A stretch of 64,000 nucleotides of DNA from Macrostomum lignano. Lineage: Eukaryota. Below the pieces are notes generated by a model that did not search any database, was not told the origin of the DNA, and worked only from the letters and a program-made list of their open reading frames with translations. Below, one piece after another: positions 39,122-50,835 of the stretch (position 1 is its first letter; each line of letters begins with the position of its first letter). A program made the position numbers and the translations under genes. The stretch covers positions 1-64,000 of the forward strand of contig NIVC01003317.1 in NCBI GenBank assembly GCA_002269645.1, in the 5' to 3' direction.

Positions 39122-40190
39122 GTTGAGCTGGGAAGGCCGCTGGGGAGAAACAGTTTTATTGTCTGGCCAGACTCGTGCACCAGTTGCTCTCTCACTCTCC
39201 CGTGCTGCGTTTCCTGTCTGTCCCTCACCAGAGCGTGATAGGACAGTGTGGGTTTGAAAGCCGGGTCTGCTTTTTTGTCCACGAGCAGTGCAGAATTAGG
39301 GATGGGAGGAAGCAGTTTGAGGATAACAGGGGAATAGTTCCAGATGGGGTGAGCACTTATGCAGCCGTATATCGGTGGGTGAACCCAGCGGCTTTTAATG
39401 ACAGTCTACTCAAGAGAAAGATAATTTCAGGTGTGAAAGCGGTAATATCGCCTCCTTAACAGCAGCGAAGCTTTATCTCCAAGGGAAGCCTGTCTGCATT
39501 TATCCAAGCTAATTGTAAACATTGAGTCTCGTACGCAGCTTGTACTTCAATAAACTGAAGAGCCACCTTACGTTGCTATTGGCCTGTAAAGAAACTTACC
39601 CTAAAAGCAATCCCACCTTTCTGGGAGGATTGGCGATTGGCTCCGAGCTGCAGGATGGTTTCCCAGTTTCTGCTGGGAAGAAACTGGGAGTTTTCTGTCC
39701 TCTCTGCCTCAGATAATTGTCACTAAGGCAAACGCTGGGGAAATACACACAAGAAAACGTGGGAAAACATTGTTAAGGAGCGTGCATGAGCAAACAAAGG
39801 ATGGGAAAGGCTGTTATTACCGAGAAGAGTGAGTAACAATGACACCTGTCAGGTATTTCGATACAAACTTGTCCACATTCTGGTATTTATGCTTGAAAAT
39901 TGGATGCTTTTCAATACGCTAGCATCTTCGTAGTGGATATAAGAGGTAAAAACAAGTGAATCAGTTGTGTACGGACCCGTGATAAACTTGAGTAGAGCTG
40001 CGTCTTTAGTACCAATTATTGTACTCATAAAAACCTTCTCTAATATAGTAAAAAATGTATAGCCTCCTACGCGTGACGCCGGGGCGCCCGACACTGTCAA
40101 CGGAGCAGACTTCGTCCGCCCTCAGTCTTTGCGGCGCGCCATCTGACGCACCCTACTCTAACTGTGACTGTGCATGCGGGGCTGCGTACT

Positions 40191-40202
40191 TTGTTGTTGT
40201 TT

Positions 40203-40240
<38 letters not shown>

Positions 40241-41038
40241 GCCGGATCAAGCTGTGCCTATGCCATTCCTCTTCAACCACTTCCAGAAGGCGTGCGCCGC
40301 CTTCTCCTCCGTCCACCAGTCACCAAGAGTCTGAATGCCCAACTCCTGTCTTTTCCAGTAGGTGGCTGGGCAGTCACTGACATGCTCGATGCTTTCCTCC
40401 TCAAGCCCGCAGCCTCTACAGATGCCATCCGTTTCTTTGCCCAGTCTTTTTTTGTAGCTCGCCAGTTCGAGCGAGTGGCCAGTTCTAGCTCTCCTGAAGC
40501 TGGTGGCGTCTCCTCTGCTTTCAAAGGTGGTCTTCTTAATGGTTGTTCGGTTGCCGCTGTAGGTCTTTTCACAGCGCGGGTGCGCCCGTCCAGCTTTTTT
40601 AGCTCTCTCTGCTTCTGCCGCCTTGATCGCCTGACGCACAGCGCTCTTGCCCACCCTCGCCTCTTGCTGGTCCTCCTCGCAGGCTGCCGCAGCCGCTTTG
40701 TCTGCCTCCTCGTTTCCTGGCAGCCCGCGGTGCGCTGGGATCCAGGCAAGCTCGACAATCTTACCCCTCTCCTTCAGCACTTCCAGCTTCCATCTGATCT
40801 CTCCAGCGCGCGGGTGCTTGCTGTTTGTTTCTTTGCTGAAGAAAATACCCTTCAGGGCGCTCGCGCTGTCAGTGAGTATAGCAGCCTTCTGCCAACTTCT
40901 TTCCTGCCTGCAGACTCTTCCAGCGCCGTCAGCTCCACCGTGCACGAGCTACACCACTTTCCAGCTGGCACCATGTGTCTTTCTTCCGTGCCTGGCCCCT
41001 TGCTCCATTTGACCAGTGTTGTTGTTGTTGTTGTTGTT
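40191..41038 (-). mobile_element. 5'-truncated RNase H-containing LINE with (AAC)n tail
   Basis: RNase H motifs SSCTVELTAL, LTDSASAL, WIPAHRGLPGNEEADKAA; C-terminal RTGH..CRGC..ESIEH..DCP; stop at 40247; (AAC)n begins 6 nt after the stop and (AAC)7 also sits at the 5' junction. Confidence 0.9.
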
Positions 41039-41184
41039 AAAAAAAGAAAAAAATGATTTGTGCTGCAGCATTTTTATCTATTTTAATTTTCAAATTGCCG
41101 TATTTAATTAATTATACGCATGTATTTCTAGAATTTTTCTAAATTATTCACTGTTGCGCAAAATAATCATTGACTGCACCAAAA

Positions 41185-41600
41185 CCTTGGCGTCCCCCCC
41201 GTTTCAGCAGGCTTGGCGCCCCCCTCCCCCTTCCAGCAGGCTTGGCGCCCCCCCCCCAACTTCCAGCAGGCTTGGCGCCCCCCCCTTCCAGCAGGCTTGG
41301 CGCCCCCCCCTCCAGCAGGCTTGGCGCCCCCCTCCAGCAGGCTTGGCGCCCCCCTTCCAGCAGGCTTGGCGCCGCCCCACTCCAGCAGGCTTGGCGCCCC
41401 CCCTCCAGCAGGCTTGGCGCCCCCATTACAGCAGGCTTGGCGCCCCCCCCCCTCCAGCAGGCTTGGCGCCCCCTCTCCAGCAGGCTTGGCGCCCCCCCCT
41501 CCAGCAGACTTGGCGCCCCCCTCCAGCAGGCTTGGCGCCCCCTCTCCAGCAGGCTTGGCGCCCCCTCTCCCCCTTCTAGCAGGCTTGGCGCCCCCCCCCC
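41185..41600. repeat. ~23-27 bp GC-rich minisatellite (CCAGCAGGCTTGGCGCCCCC...)
   Basis: About 17 copies with a variable C-run. Confidence 0.95.
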
Positions 41601-41925
41601 ATTGATCCAAGTGGGTGTCAAGAGGGTTGGATAGATTATATTTTGATAACATTTTATAGTTTAATGCAATTTTATATACATGTAGACTACTTGAATCGAA
41701 TACTTATATAGGTGTAATAAAATTATTTAATTAGATTTATTCTGTTAACATTCCTATTTTCTTTGTCACTTAAGTCAACATTGAATGTTCCGCCCATTGA
41801 AATCGTACTTGGGGAAAACCGTAAAAAAGAGCAAAGTTACACTTGTGCGATAGGATGCCTTGGGTTACTTGCAATATTGTATTGAAATTCAATCCTGACT
41901 ATTCAGGCCACAAATTCTAACTCAG

Positions 41926-43160
41926 GTCCTGGACTCGAACCCCCTACTCATAGAGTTACACTGCATCCCCAATTGCTAGGTCCTGGACTCGAACCCTTAC
42001 CTCAGAGAGTCACACTGCATCCCCAATTGCTAGGTCCTGCACTCGAACCCCCACCTCAGAGAGTCACACTGCATCCCCAATTGCTAGGTCCTGGACTCGA
42101 ACCCCCACCTCAGAGAGTCACACTGCATCCCAAATTGCTAGGTCCTGGACTCGAACCCCCACCTCAGAGAGTCACACTGCATCCCAAATTGCTAGGTCCT
42201 GGACTCGAACCCCCACCTCAGAGAGTCACACTGCATCCCCGATTGCTAGGTCCTGCACTCGAATCCCCACCTCAGAGAGTCACACTGCATCCCCAATTGC
42301 TAGGTCCTGGACTCGAACCCCTACCTCAGAGAGTCACACTGCATCCCCAATTGCTAGGTCCTGGACTCGAACCCCCACCTCAGAGAGTTACACTGCATCC
42401 CCAATTGCTAGGTCCTGGACTCGAACCCCCACCTCAGAGAGTTACACTGCATCCCCAATTGCTAGGTCCTGGACTCGAACCCACCTCACAGAGTCACACT
42501 GCATCCCCGATTGCTAGGTCCTGGACTCGAACCCACCTCACAGAGTCACACTGCATCCCCGATTGCTAGGTCCTGGACTCGAACCCCCACCTCAGAGAGT
42601 CACACTGCATCCCCAATTGCTAGGTCCTGGACTCGAACCCCCACCTCAGAGAGTTACACTGCATCCCCAATTGCTAGGTCCTGGACTCGAACCCACCTCA
42701 CAGAGTCACACTGCATCCCCGATTGCTAGGTCCTGGACTCGAACCCCCACCTCAGAGAGTTACACTGCATCCCCAATTGCTAGGTCCTGGACTCGAACCC
42801 CCACCTCAGAGAGTTACACTGCATCCCCAATTGCTAGGTCCTGGACTCGAACCCACCTCACAGAGTCACACTGCATCCCCGATTGCTAGGTCCTGGACTC
42901 GAACCCACCTCACAGAGTCACACTGCATCCCCGATTGCTAGGTCCTGGACTCGAACCCTCACCTCAGAGAGTCACACTGCATCCTTAATTGCTAGGTCCT
43001 GGACTCGAACCCCCACCTCAGAGAGTCACACTGCATCCCCAATTGCTAGGTCATGGACTCGAACCCCCACCTCAGAGAGTCACACTGCATCCCCAATGCT
43101 AGGTCCTGGACTCGAACCCCTACCTCAGAGAGTCACACTGCATCCCCAATGCTAGGTCCC
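41926..43160. repeat. 54/52 bp minisatellite carrying a Pol III B-box on the minus strand
   Basis: About 23 copies of GGTCCTGGACTCGAACCCCCACCTCAGAGAGTCACACTGCATCCCCAATTGCTA; the reverse complement contains GGTTCGAGTCC. Confidence 0.97.
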
Positions 43161-44717
43161 GGACACAAAACAATAAGCTCGTAGTAAATACCCTGTAAAA
43201 ACTTAAGAATTTTAGCAGTGGTAACTAAATAATATGCTCTCTTCTTTAAAAAGCATTTGCATATTACGTTTGTGTATTTAATTCATTTGCCTGTTAGAAG
43301 TAAACCTTGCACCAAAGTGAATGGAAGACTGATGACTGACATTGTAGCGCACTGGTGTCGCGAGAACGAGAGTGTAAAAAATCCATGACGAAAAGTATAC
43401 AATGAAGACAAAAAAATACATCTCGAAATATTTCTGCTTTCATCTCATCTAAAATGGCGCTTTGTGGAAATGTTGGCGAAAATTGCACTAACTCGAAACA
43501 AGGCTGAGTCCCTCAGTCTGAGTAAGTCCACTCAGAGTAAACATGAATTATCGCCACATACTACTGTTAGGAATCGAACGAATCCTGCTAAGGTAGTTTG
43601 AATAAAGTTTAAATTCACAATACAAAAATCAATAATTTAGAGCGCCAGCGCAAGCCAAAAGAACAAAAATTGTTGGGACAGTTTTGACAGAAAAAGCAAA
43701 ATATAACAAGGATCTATATATAAATTATAAGTATTATTTGAATAGTAAATAATTAAATATTCGCAGGCAACAGTAGTGCCATGTTTGCTCTCATGGCTGG
43801 TGGAGGGAGATCGTTATCAACTCTAAAACAATCAAATCGATTTCGCAAAGTGTCACGTGGCTAAGCTTCAACTGACGACCGATATGTGTGCATTCAATTA
43901 CTGGCCTTTTGTTAGAATAAGTGCTAGAATAACGATAGACAAAACTGCTTAACCAGAGTGGAAGCAAATTACATTAAAAGAAATCAGACGGATTCCGAAT
44001 GAGAACTTCATTGTTAAATAAACTTTGGATTTTTTACAAGCGAACGGGTACCAGAAACATTGTCGCCTTTCCTGCTAGTCTCAACCACCGGCGATTCAAT
44101 TCCGTTTGTGGACGCTTGGAGGTTTTTAAAGTTTTTCAGCAAAAAAATTGTTTTTAATGCTTTTGATAGCAGGCAGACCCGAAGTTCGGCTTTTGATATG
44201 ACTTGCCGGTCTTATACTCATGGGTTTGTTGGTATTCTTAAAACTGTCTGTTTGGAAAATCAGGATTCTATGTTAATTTTATATTCTAAGTAGATGCCCC
44301 TGTGCCTAAAAAACGTAAAGATGGCACAGCTTTTTCATCATTCCTAGCACCATTTTTACGATTTTTAGGAACAGGACATGTGCGAACCTATGTACATGTA
44401 CGAGCGTACCTATGATTATCAATAGACCTATATAAGAAGGGCAAATCATATCACTTCCATTCTTCGTAACGTCAAACCTGAGAAATTCATTTCTTTTTTG
44501 CCTTTTGCCCTTGATTGACTGTCGCAAGCAGTTCTATTCCACATATGGAATGCAATGAATGCCCCAATGCATTGGTTTATTCAACTAGATGTGAATCGAG
44601 AGGTCAAAGCGATTCAAATCGGAGCACACAGCGTCATTGCCGGTGAAACTCGTTGAGCTTGGCTCTGATTTAAATAATATTCTCAAGAATTTCAGCAGAG
44701 ATTTCACCTCATCCTTC

Positions 44718-47700
44718 TTAGCAACAGGATCCCAGTTTCTTTCCTGCGCCATCTTTCAACTGAACACTGCCAGAACTGTCGCCACCGCCGCCTCGCATCA
44801 GCTCTGCGTCCTCTCGTTCCCATAGCAACCGACAGAGCTGCTCCACGGTCGAGCTGACGGCCAGGCCCGACGCGGCGCTCGTCTCCACAAACATCGCCGC
44901 CTCCAGCGACTCGGCAAGGCGGGCGCCCTCCGATGCGTCGACGCCTCGCCCGGTGCCGCCTCCACCGCGAAGGTCGGCCTTGTTGCCGGCCAGCACAACG
45001 GGGATGCCGGGCTCGGCGCAGTCCCGGATCGACTCCATCCAGTCGCGAGCGCTCAGGAACGAACGTTCGTGGGTGCAGTCGTACATGAGGATCACGCCGT
45101 CTGCACGACGGAAGTAGGACTTGGCAATGCTGCGGAAGCGCTCCTGGCGATGGTTTGAGATTTAGGTGAGAATTTTTAGTATATGGAATAGACGATTTTT
45201 CGGTGAGATTTTGGTGAGATTGGGTGAGATTCAGGTAAGATTCAGGTGAGATTTGATGACGTTCAGGTGAGATTGGATAAGGTTCAGATGAGATTTAGGT
45301 GAGATGAGAAGATATTTTGGTGAGATTTAGGTGAGGTTACACAAGATTCAAGTGATATTCAGGTGAGATTGGATGATATTCAGGTGAGATTGGAAGAGAT
45401 TTCGGTGATTCTGATGAGATTCTGGTGAGATTCCGGTGAGATTCAGATGAGATTGCATGAAATTCCTGTGAAATTTGATGAGGTTCAGGTGAGATTCAGG
45501 TGAGAATTATAAGAGATTCAGGTGAGATTCATAACAGATTCAGAGGGAGATTCAAGTTAGATTCAGGTGGAAGATTTTTTCGGTAGGATTTAGACAAGAC
45601 TCAACGAAAGATTATTATGTGACTTCTGCAAGATTTCTTGTCAAATTCAGTATTTATCAGATGACATTGAGAGGAAATCGTCAGTCTAGCTGTCTTAAAA
45701 TAAAATTTATAGTTTTCGCGACGCCTCGAATGCTTTTTTAGCATTCTTAGAGCTCTGCCCTCTGTCTATTGCCAAGTGTAAGAGCTTCACTGGTAGTTTT
45801 TTTTTACTGGACTCTGATCGTGACCTGAACTTTTCTGCTAGACTCTCGCCCTCTCTCCTCCCCTCTCTCTATTTCCCAATCGACTTCAACGACTGTTGGA
45901 GTTGAGCAAAATTAATTGCCAAATATCGTATTTCCACAAAGCTAGCGGACTGTGACTGACTTGGCTTCAGGCGGGGCTAGTATGTTAGACTTTGAGTAGC
46001 GCGATAGAGGGTAGTACAATACAAAGAGTAAGGAGTTGAAGTGCTCAAAATTATACGGGTTTTCAATTGAGGTACTGAAAATTGTTTGACGTAGACAGTT
46101 CCATAGCCCCGCGGGTTTAGTTTCCATATTTGGCATTCACTGACTCACGCGGTGACGATATGTAGATATGTTTGGCTTTTTATGCCGTTAGTATGCTTGA
46201 TTTATGACTTTGTTTTTGAGTCAAACTGTCTACTCGTATTTAATTTCCATATTATACGCTCGTATAGTCTGTCGTAAGTAATTGTTTACTGTCTATTGTT
46301 AAAAATTAGCGTGATCTGAGAATTTAACTTTATTTTGAGCTGTGCGAGTTTAATTGCGAGTTGAGTTAAATAAGGATAACGAGATTAGCTCTAGAGTTGG
46401 TACTGGAGAGTGACTCTAGAGTTGGTACTGGAGAGTGACTCTAGAGTTGGTACTGGAGAGTGACTCTAGAGTTGGTACTGGAGAGTGACTCTAGAGTTGG
46501 TACTGGAGAGTGACTCTCGGGTTGGGACTGGAGAGTGACTCTCGTGTTGGGACTGGAGAGTGACTCTCGTGTTGGGACTGGAGAGTGACTCTCGTGTTGG
46601 GACTGGAGAGTGACTCTCGTGTTGGGACTGGAGAGTGACTCTCGGGTTGGGACTGGAGAGTGACTCTCGGGTTGGGACTGGAGAGTGACTCTCGTGTTGG
46701 TACTGGAGAGTGACTCTAGAGTTGGTACTGGAGAGTGACTCTAGAGTTGGTACTGGAGAGTGACTCTCGGGTTGGGACTGGAGAGTGACTCTCGTGTTGG
46801 GACTGGAGAGTGACTCTCGTGTTGGGACTGGAGAGTGACTCTCGTGTTGGGACTGGAGAGTGACTCTCGTGTTGGGACTGGAGAGTGACTCTCGGGTTGG
46901 GACTGGAGAGTGACTCTCGGGTTGGGACTGGAGAGTGACTCTCGTGTTGGTACTGGAGAGTGACTCTAGAGTTGGTACTGGAGAGTGACTCTAGAGTTGA
47001 TACTGGAGAGTGACTCTCGAGTTGGTACTGGAGAGTGACTCTAGAGTTGGTACTGGAGAGTGACTCTCGAGTTGGTACTGGAGAGTGACTCTAGAGTTGG
47101 TACTGGAGAGTGACTCTAGAGTTGGTACTGGAGAGTGACTCTAGAGTTGGTACTGGAGAGTGACTCTAGAGTTGGTACTGGAGAGTGACTCTAGAGTTGG
47201 TACTGGAGAGTGACTCTCGGGTTGGGACTGGAGAGTGACTCTCGTGTTGGGACTGGAGAGTGACTCTCGTGTTGGGACTGGAGAGTGACTCTCGTGTTGG
47301 GACTGGAGAGTGACTCTCGTGTTGGGACTGGAGAGTGACTCTCGGGTTGGGACTGGAGAGTGACTCTCGGGTTGGGACTGGAGAGTGACTCTCGTGTTGG
47401 TACTGGAGAGTGACTCTAGAGTTGGTACTGGAGAGTGACTCTAGAGTTGATACTGGAGAGTGACTCTCGAGTTGGTACTGGAGAGTGACTCTCGAGTTGG
47501 GACTGGAGAGTGACTCTCGAGTTGGTACTGGAGAGTGACTCTCGAGTTGGGACTGGAGAGTGACTCTCGAGTTGGTACTGGAGAGTGACTCTCGAGTTGG
47601 TACTGGAGAGTGACTCTAGAGTTGGTACTGGAGAGTGACTCTCGAGTTAAGACTGGAGAGTGACTTTTGAGTTTGACAATGGCTACAAGAAACTGGAGAA

Positions 47701-49666
47701 TGCAAAGGCCGTTCGACATAAAATATGCGGACAATTAGTTAGGGAAGTTTTTTCTAACCTGGCCGGCCGTGTCCCAAAGCTGTACGGCCACAACTCGACC
47801 GTCCACTACCAGCGTCCGAGTCTTGAAGTCTACGCCCAGCGTGGCCGTCGTGTTGGCAGAGAATCGACCATCGCAAAATCGTCCAATGAAGCTGCTCTTG
47901 CCCACTGCCGCGTCGCCTGCCAACACCACCTTGAACATGCGCTCGGGTGGCGACATGGCAACCGACTCAGCAATTGACTCTGCCTGATCCACTTCAGCGC
48001 CCTCCTCCTCTTCCTCCGGATATCCCATCTGATGAGGCTGAGGACACCGACGGAGCTGCCGATGCCTTCGACTGCTGCGCAACGGCTGGCGATGACGGAT
48101 GACTTCTCCGTCCTCCTGCGCTTCGGAGTACATGTAGCAATCGTCCAGCTGTTGAGCGGTCGCCGAGCTCCGCTCCCGAGCTCCACAATCGACCAGAGTC
48201 TCTCGGGTGGAGTGAAGACCTTCTTCATCCTCTTCTACTTCTTCGTCGGTAAAATCGTACCCAAAGCCTTTGCCGCCGCTGCCGCCAAAAGGGATTACAA
48301 AGTGATCCGGGAAGTCGGCGGCAGAAGCCATGGACTGTCGCTGATCGTCGCGACAGGTCGACATTCCGCTGTCAACCTCCTCGTCATCCTCATCTAGCTC
48401 GGTGCTCAGACCCACTCTTCTCTCCACCCCGTCTTCGCAAAATTCCTCCGCGGCCGCGGCGGTGCCGACGCTGCTCACGGGGCGACAGAAGCTGCCTCGT
48501 CCGGACGACGGCGTGACAGCGCCACCTCCGCCACCACCGCTGCTGACGCCGCTGTATTGGCGCTCAAGAGCGCAGCGCAGACTGTCGTTGGTGTCGCTTA
48601 GACTCCGGTTGGCCTGCTGTAGCAGCCGCAGCTGTAGTGCCAGCTGCTCCTGATCGCGCTGGTAGGTCTGAAGATTTCTTCTCTCGACCAGCAGCTCCCG
48701 GGTCCGGCCTTCCTGGTCCTGGCGCATTCGAGCGAGCTCGCTGCGGCTTACCGCTAGCGCCGTCTCCAGCCTCTGCATGTCCGCTAAGAGACTCTGGTTT
48801 CGCTCCCTGGTTTCTTCGACGCTGCGTCGTAACCCGACCTCTGAAGTGGCATCCGCGACATCCTGTCGGCTTCGTCGACGCTGCAGTTCGTCGATCATCG
48901 TCTGCAGCTCGTCGATTTCGGCCTGCTTTCTGTCCAGCAGGTCCTGGTACTGCTCGGCCAGCCGGCGTCTTTCCTGCGCTCTCGCTCGCTGCTCCAACTT
49001 GGTCATCTGGATCTCCATCTCCTCCTCCAGTTGGCGCACGTGGCTCTCGTTGGCCGCCTTGGCTCTGGCAAAGGCCTCCTCGAGTTGTTGACGTTCGCGA
49101 CGCTGAGCTCCGACCTCCTTGGCTGCACTGACAATAATGGACTCGAAGCTGTCTACAAGCTGGGGGTATTGGCGCTGCAACAGGCAGTGCAGCTCGCAGA
49201 CTTTCTCTTGACAGCTGAGCTGCTGAAGTCCCTCGGTCAGCTGCTGCTCGAGGTCTGCACCGCTGGCACCGCTACGCTGCTGCGGCGGCTGTCGCAGCTC
49301 TTGGGGCTCGTCAACGTCTAGTAGCCGCTCCTGGGAGAAGGCCTTCATGCTCAGAGAGCTGCCAGCCTGGCCAGCTGCCAACTGCTGGTGATGATGCTGA
49401 TGCTGGTTGTGCAACTCGCGGGAGGCCAATGACAGGCCGATGGCCCTGAAGCCCGCCTGAAAGTCGGCCGCGTCAACCCGGCCGTCGCCGTCTTCGTCCA
49501 GCTGGGCGAAGATCTGTCGAACCTCGTCTGGCCTAAGATCACCGTCGCAGCAGCGAGCGAGGTCCGACTCGGTGATGAAGCCGGATCCGTCAGTGTCCAG
49601 GAGGCTGAACAGAGACGCCGCTCGCTGTGATTCGGCCAGACTTGAGCCGAATTGTTCCTGCGTCAT
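44718..49666 (-). CDS. RASEF: EF-hand and coiled-coil large Rab GTPase (RASEF/Rab45-like; Rab44/45/46 family), 2 exons
   Basis: complement(join(44718..45143,47759..49666)), 777 aa. EF-hands DTDGSGFITESD and DEDGDGRVDAAD; long coiled coil; GDAAVGKSSF, WDTAGQ|ERFRSIAKSYFRRADG, GNKAD, ETSA; C-terminal CC prenylation motif. Confidence 0.92.
45155..45600. repeat. Degenerate 10-11 bp repeat (TTCAGGTGAGA) abutting the RASEF 3' splice site
   Basis: Dozens of (C/T)AGGTGAGAT units beginning about 10 nt from the acceptor at 45144. Confidence 0.85.
46385..47665. repeat. 25 bp palindromic minisatellite (GAGAGTGACTCT[AGAG/CGTG/CGGG]TTGG[T/G]ACTG) with 250 bp higher-order repeat
   Basis: About 51 copies; the same 10-monomer variant pattern recurs at ~46516, ~46766 and ~47216. 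Confidence 0.97.
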
Positions 49667-50569
49667 TGTGCTCAGCGAGATAGGTACGTAGGTAGGTGCT
49701 CAGGCGGCACTACATCACAGAGCCTCTTGTGTCTGAGAGGGCAAAAAATCCTCAAGAGTGTTGGAGAGGAGCCAGCTAGAATGGGAGATTAAATTGAAGC
49801 GGGAAACCCTGTAACAGCTAAAGCCAATCGCTTTGTTAGCCAAGGACTTGCATTTTAATCTTCGAGGCTTGGCGAGCAAGTCGAGCGGGAGAGAGAGAGA
49901 ACTGAGCCAACAACAGTCTACCGCTCCCGCCCCAACCGAAGCGATCACGATCGGGAAAGAAATTTTGCAATCGATCGATCGATACTTCTGCTGCAGGGAG
50001 CTGAACTGGGAAATGAGCGCGAGGGGCCAAGCGCTGACAGCTTGCGGGAGTCCATGAGAGGAGAGAGGAGCTAGCGGTAGGCATTGCGGCCCTGCTGCAG
50101 TCAAAGCCTGGCTTGGGAGGGTCGCAGTTGCGGATATTTGCCAAATCCCTCCGAGAGACCAAAGCCCCCCCCCGTATCCACAGAAGAAGTCGTTTAGAGA
50201 CGTGTGCTTGAGGGAAACAATAAAGAAACACTTCAAAAAGGTCGCTAACAAAAGTCCGACTTAATGCGTCTCTCCCGGAAATTTTGCCGACATTTTTTGG
50301 ACCAAAGAAATTCTTCTCTATTGAATCCTTTATAACTATGCGGTAGAGTGCGAGTAGACTCATTGGCAGCACGAATGCAGACTGGCACTTTAGTTAAGCT
50401 ATGTCGTAAAAAGCACAAGTCTTGACCGCGCTTCAATGAGTATAACATGTTTTCTGATTTTAAAACTTTTAAACTGCGCAGATCCCAATTGCCTTTGAGC
50501 CATTGGTCATAAAAACGATTTTTAGCGATCCTTGCTTTAGAGTCTTTGGCCGAATGAGCCATTTCCTCT

Positions 50570-50835
50570 GAGTCACTGGCGAAATGAGCGATGCCTTTTG
50601 AGTCATTGACCAATAATGAGCGATGCCCTTTGAGTCATTGACCAATAATGAGCGATGCCCTTTGAGTCGTTGACCAATAATGATCGATTCCGTTTGAGTC
50701 ATTGACCAATAATGAGCGATTTCCTTTCTTTGAGTCATTGACCAATAATGAGCGATTCCGTTTGAGCCATTGACCAATAGTGAGCGATTCCCTTTGAGTC
50801 ATTGAGCAATAAGGAGCGTTTCCTTTGAGTCATTG
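50570..50835. repeat. ~32 bp minisatellite with TGAGTCA and CCAAT in each unit
   Basis: About 8 copies of GAGCGATGCCCTTTGAGTCATTGACCAATAAT, ~0.9-1.2 kb upstream of the RASEF ATG. Confidence 0.9.

Noticed and set aside
39300-40190. Short ORFs upstream of the His-repeat gene (39175..39459, 39849..40100)
   Set aside because: No recognisable motifs or consistent splice structure; possibly decayed transposon or promoter DNA.
41926-43160. CRISPR array or tRNA gene cluster
   Set aside because: No unique spacers and no cas genes in a eukaryotic context; the units lack acceptor-stem and full T-stem pairing, so they are not tRNA genes.
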